From Camelus dromedarius (lineage: Eukaryota): 64,000 nucleotides of DNA. Numbering within the stretch: the first letter of the stretch is position 1; every line of letters starts with the position of its first letter. Below the pieces are notes generated by a model. That model saw only the letters and a list, made by a program, of their open reading frames with translations, was not told where the DNA came from and did not search any database. The stretch lies in NCBI RefSeq assembly GCF_036321535.1, contig NC_087437.1, positions 50,222,001 to 50,286,000 of the forward strand. The letters are read 5' to 3'. The translations under genes and the position numbers were made by a program. Shown one piece after another: positions 37,552 through 50,631 of this stretch.

Positions 37552-37977
37552 ACATTTACAGCAACATGCATGGACCTGGAGATCATCATTCTAAGTGAAG
37601 TAAGCAAGAAAGAGAAAGAAGAATACCATATGATATCACTCATATGTGGAATCTAAAAAAAACCAAAAAGACACAAATGAACTTATTTACAAAACAGAAA
37701 CAGATTCACAGACATAGAAAACAAACTTACAGTTGCTGGGGAGGAAGGGGTTGGGAAGGCATAAATTGGGTGTTTGACATTTGCAGATACTAACAACTGT
37801 ATATAAAATGAGCAAGTTTATTCTGTATAGCACAGAGAACTATATTTAATACATTTTAGTAACCTATAATGAAAAAGAATATGAAAATAAAAATAAGTAT
37901 ATATATGCTATGACTGAAACATTAAGCTATACACCAGAAATTGGCACAACTTTGTAAACTGATTATACTTCAATTAA
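37552..37977 (+). mobile_element. Young L1 3' end (~430 bp)
   Basis: CMDLEIIILSEVSKKEKEEYHMISLICGI plus 3'UTR; TSD aaaagtgRccacYcct. Confidence 0.93.
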
Positions 37978-40394
37978 AAAAGTGACCACTCCTAGTAACC
38001 TATAATGAAAATGATTATGAAAACAAAAAGAAAAAGTGGCCACCCCAAATCTGAGATGTGCTTTAATTTTAATCATATTCCTGTGACGTCAGAATAGTTT
38101 CTCAGAGAGAATCCTTTGCACTCGCATTACCCCAATTTATGCTTCTCCTGAAGTGACAATATTTGCTGATGAAAGCTGAGGGATGGGCTCAAGGTGATTC
38201 TGCCAACCCAACATAAAGAAAAACGTTGTGAAGATGGAAGAATTTTAAAAGCCATATTGGTGAAATAGAAAGTATAATTGAAAGCCAAGGATATATTTAG
38301 ACAGGAAAGATCCTATTCCAATGCCTAGTTTCCATGGTGTTGAAATGTAAGCTAAAATCCTTACTATATAAAGGAGGCATTTCCTTTCTCATTTTGAATA
38401 TCCTTGAGTGGCAACGGTAGATTTTGTCATCAGACAAAACAGAATATTACCCTTTGTAAAGGGTTTTGTAGTGGAAGGATACCATTTTATAAACTCAAAA
38501 TTGAATGTTAGAGACATAAATCAATGTATAAATTCTATAGACTAAAGAAAGGAATTTAACAACCAGCTATTTTATCAGAGCCAAAATAGATATGTTACAA
38601 ACCTGAGGGGCTGGACTTTATCCTTTCGGGACAATGCAAGTTAGACCCAAAGGTGGAATGTTCATCTTCTCATCATTATGAAGCACCCAGTTGCATGTGG
38701 CCCTAGATGAGCATCATTCAGACCAGGTAGAACACACATCCTGAACTCCAGGATCTTATAATCAATGACAACTCTAACACAACTAAATTAGGAACAATTA
38801 GATAAATATAAGCTGAAGAAATTAACACATATCCCCACTAATTCCACTTATAGCACAGTAGTGGAAGAGGGGAGAAAAGTCGTGGGGTTTATTTGTGCAG
38901 ACAGCTTGGAGCCTGAAAGAGCTTGTGACCGGTTGCAAGTCTACTTAGGATATCATGACAGTACTGGGCGTCCCAGAAGACCCTGACTGCAGGGTGATTT
39001 GATGAGCATGTGAGATGAAGGTAGTGTAAACAGGCAACAGCAGCCTAAGAGGCCTCTCAGGGGTGAGATTGAGATAACTTGACAGGTTACTGGCTAATTT
39101 TGCCTGGAAGGCCTGAGGGTCTGAGGTTACGGAGAAGTAGGGGGAGATGGGAGAAAGCAAAGCAGGCCATACATGGAAGCCTCCAGTGTGAAGAGATTGC
39201 TCCCGACCCTACAGAGAACATCTGCTGGACTCCTGGTTTACCTGCGGATAACATTTGAGAATTCAGAAGTATTTTGCACGTTGATAAGCTTGGTCCTCAC
39301 CTTAAAGATAAGAACAATAATCTCCTGTTTAATTTTCACTTATACATATTAGGGAGAAAAAGGGAAATAGGAAACTTAGTCACATGGCTAGACCTCCTGG
39401 GACACTAGGAAAATCAAACTGCCAAGCTCAGAGAGTTACAGACCCTAAACTAGGTCACTCCAGATCCAAGGAAGCTCTAGCAGTGAGGTTATTGTCACCC
39501 ACTGGAGTCCCTGGTCCCTTAATATGGTGTTTATTTACAGAGTTATAATCAAATATATCTCTAAAGAAATGTTTACTTTCCGCAATAATGTTTGCAAAAT
39601 ATCCTCCACAAGAAACTTACCATCCCAGAAATGGCTAATGTGCTTGTTGATGTGGCTCTACAAATGCTTGTTCTGGCTCAGAGGGTTCTCTGTGATCTCT
39701 TCAGCATGTGACCTGCCACATTATTGCAGTGGACGGCATCACATGTCCCCCTCCCCATCTCCTACCACCCATCACACTGTGGCTGTAGAGACCATGGCCC
39801 TTCCTGCGAATGGCCCACAGTCCCACCAAAAACAACCTCAATAACCCTGTTACAGTTCATTAGTATAATTACAAAATCTGAGTTATTTTTTCCTTAAGGG
39901 TGAGAATATGCTATTGCACATATGAAAACTAGATTTTGGTGGGGGGAAAAAATGGCTGAATTATCTTCTTTCTCCTTAGTTTACTGCTTGTGGGAAAAAT
40001 ATATATGTATATGTTTCCATTAAAACCATTGGATAGATAAAAGGTACTTTTAGCAAAGGAAAATGAGTTTAGAAACTAGTAAATAGAATAAAAGTGGATT
40101 TAAAAAAAAATCAGAACTAAAACAAGTATGTGATATTTAAGACTCCAGATGTCAAATCTGGTTTTTTTCAGCCCCAAATTAATTTTTTTCTAGGACCAAA
40201 TTTTACAAAGAGAAAGCTTTCCTGTATATCTTTACCTCACTGGGGCCCGGTTATATCATAGGGTTCTGTGTACTGCTGTATACTTAGCAAATGCCTAATG
40301 AGCATAATAGAAGGATAAATAACAGTTTTCTATTCCTGTTTTAGAAATCAGTTAGTAGAAGCAGAAACAAAAGAATTTGACTCCATATTAAATT

Positions 40395-40532
40395 TTATTT
40401 ATTTTTTATTGAAACATATTTGAATTACAATATTATATTACTTTCGGGTATACAACATAGTGATTCAATATTTTATAGATTATATTCCATATAAAGTTAT
40501 TATAAAATGTTGGTTACATTCCTTGTGCTGTA
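40395..40532 (-). mobile_element. L1 extreme 3' fragment
   Basis: tttattgaaacatatttgaattacaatattatattactttcgggtatacaacatagtgattc antisense L1 tail. Confidence 0.8.
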
Positions 40533-40907
40533 AATTTTAAAAGATCATGGTAATTGTTTCTGTATAGGAGGGTTGAAGGTGAATAATTTGTATGAGTCCA
40601 CATTCCACTTAGATAATTTGCTCACAATTCTTGCTTTGACCCTCCCACTTCACTTAATACATATACTAACTTTCAATTTCAAGAAAAGCAGATTAACATG
40701 AAGATTAGCCTAAATACTGGGGTAATGTTCAAAGTAAATTAAAATACCAAATTAGAAAATACAGCACTACCCAGAGAATAGTCCATTCCCTTTTTGAGTC
40801 TTGATTGTACCATTCTGATTTCCTAGTTAATTAACCAGTTGCCACTACAAAGAGAATTTTCCTGTCTTCTTAATTAAATTGAACATTGAAAACCTCTTGG
40901 ATTAGAG

Positions 40908-41096
40908 CATGGCTCTCAAACTTGACTGAGCATTAGAATCAGCTGGCAGATTTGTTAAAACACAAATTGCTGGACCCTACTTTTCAGTATTCCTGATTCA
41001 GTAGGTCTGAGAGAGGAGCAGAGAATTTGTATTTCCAGCAAGTTTTTGGTTGTTGCTGATGGTGCTGGTCCAGGGATGACACTTTGAGAACTACTG
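40908..41096. mobile_element. MER5A hAT MITE, full length
   Basis: ctctcaaactt...cattagaatca...ctgattcagtaggtctg...cactttgagaactactg; 8-bp TSD gattagag/gactagag. Confidence 0.88.
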
Positions 41097-41899
41097 GACT
41101 AGAGAACATTATTGTTGACTATTAGCTTTAACAGATAGAAGAAACTCTACATCCCAGAACTACCAGGATCTATGGTTTTCCAGTAAATATTTAAATGCTG
41201 TTGCTATCAGCATCTTCAGCAACAGGTTGGTAGACCAGAGCCAAGCAATGGTGAATCTGCTGAGGAGTTAAGAAGTGGGGATTGATAATTCCAGTGGAGT
41301 AGAAGGAGGAATCTAACTGAAACTTAACAGGATCAACTCAACACTATAACTTAAGCTGCCCCCAACTCTGAATTCCACTGGAGAATCTAACAGCCAGAAC
41401 ACCAGATCTAAACAATACCTTACTCCAAATACCTGAAAACCTGACTCTGTCAAGCTATGAGTTGAGTGTGGGAGTCTGAGAGCTCTGAGGCAGTGGGGAG
41501 TGGGAGTCAAGTCAGAGAGACAGTTCCAAGAGAACAGGGTGGAAATAGTGTGAATGCCAATCTCAAACCTCATAATTTCTAGAATTTTATTAGAGTAATT
41601 AAAGAAAGGTAGTTTCTCCAGGTATTGTAGGTGGTTATGATGTGATGTTGGAAGGAGATGTAAAATTCTGACTATCCAAAAGTACCTGTAATATAGAAGT
41701 ATGTATTACCCGGGGAAGTTTTCAAAATACCAATGTCCAGGTCCCACTGCATACCTTGCATAAAATCCCTAGTGGTAGAGCCTGAATATTAAGGTTTTTA
41801 AAATCTCCCAGGTGACTCTGATTGATAGAGAATTGAACAATAACAATATTACATGTTTAGGGTAATATAAAGGAACAGATCAGGGGAAAAAAGCAAAAG

Positions 41900-42290
41900 A
41901 AAGATGGAAACAAGCCCTAATGTATCAGTAATTTAAAAACAGAAACTTCAGAAGACTAAACTTAACCAATTTAAACAGAATGTGACACATTGGACAAAAT
42001 ACAAAGATCCAGATACATGCTGTTTACAAGAGATACACTAAAAATAAAGTTGAAATCAATTATTCCTGGAAAACAAAAATCTGGAGTTGCTATATTATCA
42101 TCCAAAATAGAATTTTACAAGCATAATTAGAATTTGGAGTTTACTACATAATAATAAAATGCTCAATTATTTAGAATTATTTAATTTTACATTTATATGT
42201 ACCAAATAAAAGGGCCTCAAATATATATAAGCAAATATTGATAAAACTACATGGAGAAATTAACAAATCCATGATATACTCAGAAGTAAT
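41900..42290 (+). mobile_element. Ancient L1 ORF2 endonuclease-region fragment
   Basis: gatccagatacatgctgtttacaagagatacac...atatgtaccaaat...gcctcaaatatatataagcaaa. Confidence 0.65.
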
Positions 42291-42519
42291 TGCCAATTCA
42301 AGAGATTCTGTTTAAAAAAAAAACTGCCCTATGTAAATGGTCAATAAAATTGCTTGCCCTGAGGAAGAGAAACTTATACTGGCCATCATATAATGTACAG
42401 TATGTCAGGGAAGTGGGATACAGATTGCCAAAACATATCAAAATTGGGATAAAAATTTTAAATATGAATAATCTACTCCATCTTGTATATAAATATCTTA
42501 GATAAAAGGTAACCTGAAA

Positions 42520-42765
42520 TGCTGCCATATCATCCTAACTGTACTCCCCATGGCTCTCATTCTTGATCTGACTATCACTCAGGGCTTCAGAAAGCATCTT
42601 GTTTCTTTCATAACACTAAAATTGTATGTTGATTTCTGTGCTCATTACTATTTCTCTCTCCTATAAACTGTAAGGTCCATGAGGACCAGGACCAATATCA
42701 CATACCTAGCACTTAACAGAATCTGGCACATGGAAGGCATCCAACAAATGTATCTTAATGAATAT
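42520..42765 (+). mobile_element. L2 3' end
   Basis: aaactgtaaggtccatgaggaccagg...cctagcacttaacagaatctggcacatggaaggcatccaacaaatg. Confidence 0.7.
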
Positions 42766-43903
42766 ATTCATAGCATTCAAAGTTAGTGAGAGACAAAGAA
42801 GCTTAACCCCTGCTAGCTAATTAAAAGTTTACACTGCACCAGAAAATGATCAACTTAAACAAGTTTTGTTTCAAAACCATGAAGCAAAATGACTGCACCA
42901 TCAATTTAGTAATGGGCAAAGAAAAAAATATTTCCCATTTTTAATTCTCTGCCAGATTAAAGTGTGCCTCTGAAACGCATTGAAATAAAAATGCTGAGAT
43001 ATCATCAACTGCCACAGCAAGAGAACACAGTGGAGAGCATAGAGATGTCATATTTTAGCAAAACTCTTACCCATTATTTGATTCAAACTTAGTCCTTCAA
43101 AAAGAAACAGGTCTTAGTGAGTAGGCCAATCTAGTTATTTAATATTTATGCTGTAAGATACTACTTAGAAAATTTTAAATTTTTATTCTTTCTTTCTTCT
43201 GGAGGAAGTATTTATTTTTTATTAAACATATAGGGAGAAAAAAGAAAAGAGGAAAATCAAGACAGCCTTGAATAAAATAGGGTCAGCTGAGTTATATGAA
43301 GACAGAGTAAACTGAATTTTACAACATCTGACTTGAGAAGCTTTGGAACAGATGGATCAGTTTCATATGCTATTCTTGGCTTGGAAAAGTCTTCCTAATT
43401 GGATACTTCATATAGAAAAAGATAGTTATTCTTCCATTCACAAACAAAAAGGGATCACACACTGATATATGCTAATATTCCTTAAGTAATGATTAAGTAA
43501 TGATTGCATATAAGAAGGGCTAAAAAATAGGGTGAGCATAAAATTTTAAGGGGGATGAAATCTCACATCTTTCTGCTAAGAGCTATTTACAGAAATAATG
43601 TTTCAGGGTAGAAGATATAAAATAGTGCCTTGGATATCTCTATTTTTTTCTTATGAATTTTGTTAACATAAGATACAAAATGTAAATAATGGAAATAGGA
43701 TTTATTGACTATGTGAACTCTTTACTTTCTGAAATGACTTCCATCTTCATTTTCACTTTTTTTAATATATGTTTATTTGTTCAGTTTAGCTTCAAAACTG
43801 AATTTGTCAACTTCCCTCCAAAACCAGTTCTTACTTGGAATTTCTATTTTGTGGTTCATTCTTCAAGTTTAGAAACAGAGGGGTCATTTTTCATTTGTCC
43901 TGG

Positions 43904-43904
<1 letters not shown>

Positions 43905-43936
<32 letters not shown>
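43905..43936. repeat. (TG)n microsatellite
   Basis: Directly visible. Confidence 0.98.
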
Positions 43937-43938
<2 letters not shown>

Positions 43939-44589
43939 TGTGCATGTGCACACACACAGGTAATGAAACCTGTTAATGATGCTTTAAAATGCCTCTTAAA
44001 TCTAAAATCTATCTATAGCATTTACTCAGTAATTCCTTTCTGCTAGAGTACAATCAGAAACAAAGACAACAATTTGAACAAAGATAGAAAATATCTGGCA
44101 CATATATCCATCAATGGCAAATAAATAAACAGGTTGCTATATCCATGTTTTCACTTTTGCAAAGAATATTTAATATGTGAAAATAAAGCTTAAATTTATT
44201 AATTCATATACTGAAAAAAGGACTGAAAAGACATATAATAAAGTATTAACTTTATATGTCTGTATTTTATAAATTTTCTACTATGGTATGTGTTTTTTTA
44301 ATAAAGGGGAAAAGCAAGTTATTAGGAAGGAAGGGAATGAGAAAGGGAGGAAAAAAGGGACTAGAGAAAGCAGGGAGAATTTTTAGATTTACTCCTTCCT
44401 CTCTGTTCTTACTCGGACCCCTGAAGCTCAGTACCTGGTCATGGCGCCTCTATGTTGCTAGAAACAACATGGCTCTGGAATCTCTTCCTCCTGTCCCTCC
44501 ACCTACTGCTGCCAGACTACTCTGCCTCTGATCAAGAATTCCGCTAAGTCCAAATTTCTTTGCCAAGAATGGAATGAATTCACGCTCTC

Positions 44590-45100
44590 AAATTCCGGTA
44601 GTGGAAATATATATTGGCACAAGCTTTCAAAATATTAAACAAAATGCATCAATAACTAAAAATATTCATATATTTTGGACCAAGATGTATCTTTTCTAGT
44701 AATTCATTTCACGTTATGAAAAAAATGAGCCTTTTAAAAAAATCATTTTTATAATAGTGTTATATATTAGAAAAAAATGCAGCAAACTTAAAGTCCAAAA
44801 ATACAGACTGATTAATTTACAGCAAGATCACAAAATGTTCTATGTGGCTATTAGAAATCATGTTTCCAAGAGAGATACAATAACATGCAAAAATGCTGAG
44901 AATGTAATGTTAAATGCAGTGTTAAAAGTAAACTACAAACGTGTGTATATATTATTGTATATTTTAATTATAAAAGTAAATATTTGCATAGGAAAAAAGT
45001 TAGAAAGAAGTATATATCGCAAAATAGTTATCTCTGGGTGGTAGTATCATGGAATCTTGTTCTTTTCTTTTTGTTTATGTCTATTCTCCACTTTGAAGAA
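44590..45100 (+). mobile_element. Ancient L1 (L1ME-type) 3' fragment
   Basis: ggtagtggaaatatatattggcacaagc...aaaatagttatctctgggtggtag. Confidence 0.55.
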
Positions 45101-48100
45101 GTATACCTACCCAGTTAATCTTTTATGACCCACACCTTCAGATGGTCTCTTTGTCATCTAAAATACCATAATTTTTTCCTCCTCCACACCTTTGTTTATA
45201 TTGATCCTCCTACCTAGAATTCTTATCTCCTTTTTCTCTAAGAGCAAGTTTCAATCTCTCCACCTCTCTAGAGGCTTCCCTGTCTACGTTGATCTTTAGC
45301 CATCACTTGTTTCCCTGGACCTCTGTCATTCCTCACTTAGTGGCACTATATGCCACTTACCAAGGGCATAAATTATCTCCTTTAAACCTCAGACCTCCCT
45401 GGGAGACTTACATTATTATATCCATTTCATTGATGAGGATACTGTGTCATCTAGAGTGATTAAGTAACTTGTACAATAGCACTATTTCATTACTCTTTAA
45501 TTATTTCATGTCTTTACAACTTTGTCTCTCCACCAGATTATAAGCAGTTTATGTTCAAGAATCTTATTTTATGAAATAGTACCTTACTTATCTGATATCC
45601 AGGAATTAACTTTTGCCATAATTGTGTTTCCCAAACAATTGTTTGCTGTAAATATCAAATGGTATTTTGTATTAACCATGTTTAATCATTTTAACAATTC
45701 CCTGCCTTCATAAATTGAGTATTGTGAGCATAATTAACTTTTTATAACATGTGTTATCAGTATGAATGTCAGTTAGGATACAATGCTATAACATAGCAAT
45801 GCTCTCAAAGAATATTGGAGAATAGAAGAATTTGCCCTTATACCAAACATCAGCCACAGAATCCTACTGTTTCTTAAATTAAGTATTAACAGTGAGACTC
45901 ATATATCTCTTTTTCTCTCCTCCCCACTACTAAGATGGACAGATGAGTTCATTTTAACAAGTACAAGTGTCATGTCTATGCATTTCCATCTGTATCCATC
46001 TGTTGATAAAAGGAACTTAGTACTGAAACACTACAGCTGGGCTAACTGTTAATTAAATGGTAATAAAAATGAGCAATTTAAAGAATGGGTCAAATAAAAA
46101 TCTGTTCTATTTCAAGAATCCCTTATGTGGCATTTATATTGCAAACTTCCAGTTAAACTCTAAGGTAGATATAGATAGGTAGGTAGATAGATACATAGAT
46201 ACAGAATTATGTATTATATACACTCATACACATACACTGCAGTTTCCTGCTACTGACGTCTATTCAGATTCATTTATTTTAAGATAAACCCACAGAGTTT
46301 TTCAAACTTGCTTTATATTATTTATAATCAATTACATGAGGCCCTTTTGAAATATTCAACTTAATAGTTTAGTACTCAGATTCCAGGTTTTTCTTTAAGA
46401 AATCCTGATTCTGTTGATACGGGTTGAGGCCTGAAAATGTACTCTTTTTAAACAAGCCTTCTGGGTGACTCCACGATCTCTCTCGAGAATTGATGTTTGT
46501 GCGTAATCTGGTCTCTGAGTCCTTGCATATCAACAAATGTCTTTTTTTCCCCACTCCGTGAAGAATATCCATTTTGAAGCTTGTAAGACTTTTCTGATTA
46601 TCCTTGAACTAAGATTTCCAATGAAGAAGGCTGAAGACATACTAAGTAGGTTACCAAAGAACAGAGCTGGATTGTCAAATCAAGATCAGAAAAACACAAA
46701 GTTGGGGACAAGAAACTACTGGAAGCCCTGGGCCTGGGTACATAGGCAAATGGTAGGGGTAGAAAGCTTTCAAACAAAGTTGTTCTTGGGACCTTCTTTA
46801 CCTGCTTCAGGGTGGCTGCCCTTCCCCCACCAGCCTCAGCTCAAATCAATTAACCTTAGATTTTTAACAATTCCCTCCAAGCTGGACTAACATCCTTTGT
46901 CCTATTTTTTTTTTTACTATCATGTTCCTTTGCCAACAACAACAACAAAAACAAAAACAAAGTAGTCAGGATTATATTTGGAGATAACTTTATTGGCCAC
47001 ATATGTTGCCAACATTTAATTTCTGTATGTCTACTTTCATCTCTATTCAGCATCTCTTCTAGATACTTACTGATACTTAGATAGATCTAAGTATCTATTC
47101 ACACATATCTGTGGCCCTGAAAGAACTGAGATATATTTATCCAAATGTATAAGTAGAAATTCTGCTCTATTTAGATGCATTTCTTAATTTTTTTTAATTT
47201 CATATTTGGCTAAAAGCTGAGTTCATGTCTATAAAAAGTTAGTCTCATTTTGGATGTAGGCAGGGAAGAGCCTTGAAGAAATTATTTATGCCTTAGACTA
47301 TTTGATGGGGGAAGAAAAGGGGATGAACAGGGAAACCTGATTGGATACAGAGTGAGACAAGGCTCCTCTATCTGCTGGGAGGGTGAGTTAGAGCAGAGGC
47401 TCCAGGAAATGTCAAGAAGTGAGCAGGTACCTAAAAGGAGATCACTGCAGGAAAGCAAATGATAACATTTGATAATGATCCATAGAAAGATAGAAGTACA
47501 ATAAAGACAAGCAACTTCTTATTTTATTTTGTGTGTTCTTCCCTCCTCTGGCTCCTAAGTTATTGAGATCTATCTTGCTCCCACTCCTTCCCTGTAGCCC
47601 ACAGTTACCACATTTTCTCTCCCATCCACTCTATGCACATCTTCATATACTATTTCTGTATTTTCAGATGAAGAAACACTTCAAAGCATGTAATGTGCAG
47701 CCTAGAAGGAGCACAGGCAATTTTGGATGAAACTGAACTGACCAAGGGACACCAGGAGGGACACAAAGACCTAGAGATCTAAGTGGGCAAGATGCCCAGA
47801 CAATGGACAGGGGATGAAGATGAACAAAATCCAAGGAGCCACCTGGAGAACAGATGGGGACCAGGGACCAGAATTCTCTTGCCTGAAACAGAAAACAGAA
47901 AGGCTGTCCAAAGATTTGAAGGATGGAGAGAGTGAGCAGTGCTGAGGGAATCATGACCAATGAGCTCCTCTCTTAGAGAACACATCTAAAATAGGCCCAG
48001 GCAGAATGGGGGGCTCCTATTTAAAGTTTATAATATGCTCAACCAGTCCAGGTGGGAAATCTCAAAGGATGACAGCATTTTCAACCTTAGGGTACCCTTC

Positions 48101-48723
48101 TTCTTTAATGGGGTATTTACTTTTGAGAATATAAGTATAATAAAATATTCATGGTGGAGAGTTTTTGATGGTTAAAGGGTATCCCAGAGGGTATCTTCTG
48201 GTGCTGCATTGTCACCTTCTATGGAACTTTTCCCCTCTCTCATCATTCTTCATTAGGTTGGAATTGGGATAAAGAACAAAATCGGTCATAAGGTCCTGTC
48301 CCAAGTAATTAGAGAGTTTCTTCTTTTATCTAAATGTGCCTTGTTAAAGTATATCAGTGTCAGCCAGGTTAATTGGAACTTTAATACATAATTGATGTTA
48401 ATTTATGGCCCTTTTTGTTCCAGGATGCTACTGCAGGCCTTAGAGTCAGGATACAGTTTTCTTGTTATTAATTATATACAGAAAGCCAATATCCCCTCTG
48501 AGAAGAGACCCATGTCATCTGTAGCTTACTAAAGATACAGTGTGTCAGCCATAGGTCACTTTTACTGTGTAAGTCCTCCCTAAATTCCATACTACTCCAT
48601 AATAACATAATACATTAATCACAGTAAGTGAAAATTAGAGCTTTGAGCTAAGTCTCATGCATACTAAATGTTAAAATATTTATCATACAATGCTAAAAAT
48701 GTATCATCTTACTATGGACTTAC

Positions 48724-48962
48724 TGTATTCCACAAGGCCACAGAATCCTAGTTTCATTTTGGAAATCAGTACACCACCCTGGAACCAAAGATGTTTCCAT
48801 TAATATAAAGGTAATACTACTGCTATAAGTGAGACTGCCATGAATATAGAATACTGAATGAAATCCATGAAGTTTGAATTTTCCTTCAGAGTTTCCATTG
48901 CAATTCTAATTCTTATCACTTTTTTTGGAGACAGAGGATTAAAATGGTGTGTCCCAAATCCA
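48724..48962 (-). pseudogene. Candidate exon remnant (RGSL1-like)
   Basis: Acceptor ctttttag|, perfect donor gtaagt; frame-hopping IWDTPF*SS...ETLK/KIQTSWIS/FYIHGSLT, like recalled RGSL1 IWHPNQS...ALFKLQSYWLPNFYTHTKMT. Confidence 0.5.
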
Positions 48963-49150
48963 CTAAAAAGTTCTATATTCTAAATTTCTCTCACTGTGAG
49001 AATTAATGCTAACTTAAGAATTCTGTAGGCAAAAATACAGGATCGTGAAAATTCTATAAGCCACATAAGCCCATGTGTTGTCCAAAATGCCTTAATCAAA
49101 ACCTCAAATTCTAAGTTCAAGGAAGGGCTAAGTCCAGTGTATGAACCTAC

Positions 49151-49572
49151 CTAATAAATAGAATCATAGATTTGCTGATGGTTAAAAGGTGCTAAGTTTG
49201 CCAACTTTGCCTAGTGACTATACCATTTTGGAAGAGTGAAGAATGAATGACTTTATATAAATCTAATGTACTGAATTTTTTCTGATATGTCACTACATTT
49301 TGTTCAAGTTATCATTACCACCATGTGATCAGATATGACGTAATGTGAGAAAGAGCAGGGGTGTCTCAAAATGGAACATGACACAGCATGATGTGTCAAG
49401 TTTCTTTTGAACCTTTCTTGGGATCCAATATCAGCCAAAAGGAGGTCATTTTAATTATCAGATGATTAATTAATTAGATAGTTAATTGTCAGAGGTAGTT
49501 GAATCCAAAGACAATGTACTTCTGTACATGCATGTTTGTATGCAGAGGGAAACGTGACATTTTAAAATGTAC
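49151..49572 (-). pseudogene. Candidate exon remnant (RGS22/RGSL1 N-terminal motif and first RGS-like helices)
   Basis: Acceptor tttcttttcatttagtag|, donor ag|gtaggt; YILKCHVSLCIQTCMY, LLADIGSQERFKRNL, LITWW***LEQ...LYKVIHSSLFQNGIVT. Confidence 0.55.
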
Positions 49573-49847
49573 CTACTAAATGAAAAGAAACTAAGGATTT
49601 CAATTAGTTTTTTATTCAAATAACATTCATGAATAGCTACTATGTGTTTTGTTGTGTGAAGCATATTCAGAAATACAGAATCTTTCCTACCCTCAAAGGG
49701 CTGATATTCAAGTTGGAAACACATAGTCTTCCTAGAAACAATCTGGATGTTTAGAGAATGCTTAATAAAAAATATTAAGTTAACAATGAAAAAAACAAGT
49801 TCTAAAGCAATGAATTTAAAAATATGAACTATATTATACTGTAGTAC

Positions 49848-50623
49848 TTAACCTCTGTTTGCTTTTTAAGGGAAGTAACCATATTCCAGAAAGAAGAGTG
49901 ACTGGAATTGCAAAAGACTTTTTAAAACAGGGTAATGAAACCCCAGTACCAAACACTCTTTTGAGTTAGGTATAAACCAAAAAATTTAGGATCCTATGTA
50001 AAGCTTTAATAAATCAGTGTTTTAAAACTATTATGTACTTTTTATTTTTCTGCTAAAAGCAGCAATTCAGGACAACAAATATTAAGTTTCACATTTTATC
50101 TAATAAAGAGTACTTTACCTGTGGGGCACATAAGTTACCATCTCTATTGCTTCCAGGAAGAGCTAAAGACTCATGTAAGAGGCTGCCAATATTGTGAGTT
50201 TCTTTATATGTATTTAGAAGGGTTTTTTTTGCTGTCAATGGCAATTAATGCATCAGGAAGAATCATTGTCAAATACATTTCTTAAGCATCTATTTACATG
50301 GGATTCTATCCTATACATTGCACAAAACAAAATAAGCATGTAGCTAATACCTGCAATCTAAGGTGTAAATTACTTATTGTTATTCTAAATTAATAAGGAA
50401 GTTTTTGTTTAATTCTCCCCCGACCCCAACATTTGTAATAAGCTCCTTTGACCTTTCTGGGCCTTATCTCTCTTCTTTTGCAAAACAAGGATGTACTATC
50501 AACTCACAGAGCCCAATGATTGTCAACAACTTCTCTAAATCATGTGTGCTGTTTTTTAACCATACTATGTTAAAAATCAAAGATTACTAGAATGTCAAGC
50601 AGGGTTTTTAGACAAGAAAAGAT
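49848..50623 (-). pseudogene. Three small 5' exon remnants (50508-50623, 50119-50162, 49848-49901)
   Basis: All AG/GT-bounded (donors gtgagt, gtaaag, gtacta); the last two splice in frame into the 49572 exon: LFLEAIEMVTYVPHS|HSSFWNMVTSLKKQTEVK|YILKC. Confidence 0.52.
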
Positions 50624-50631
50624 CTGTAGTA

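Noticed and set aside
43250..43900. Possible additional minus-strand linker exons (e.g. KVKMKMEVISESK)
   Set aside because: Short, A-rich and not collinear with the recalled homolog; could be chance.
47072..47095. 11-bp inverted repeat gatacttagat/atctaagtatc
   Set aside because: An isolated micro-palindrome in AT-rich DNA.
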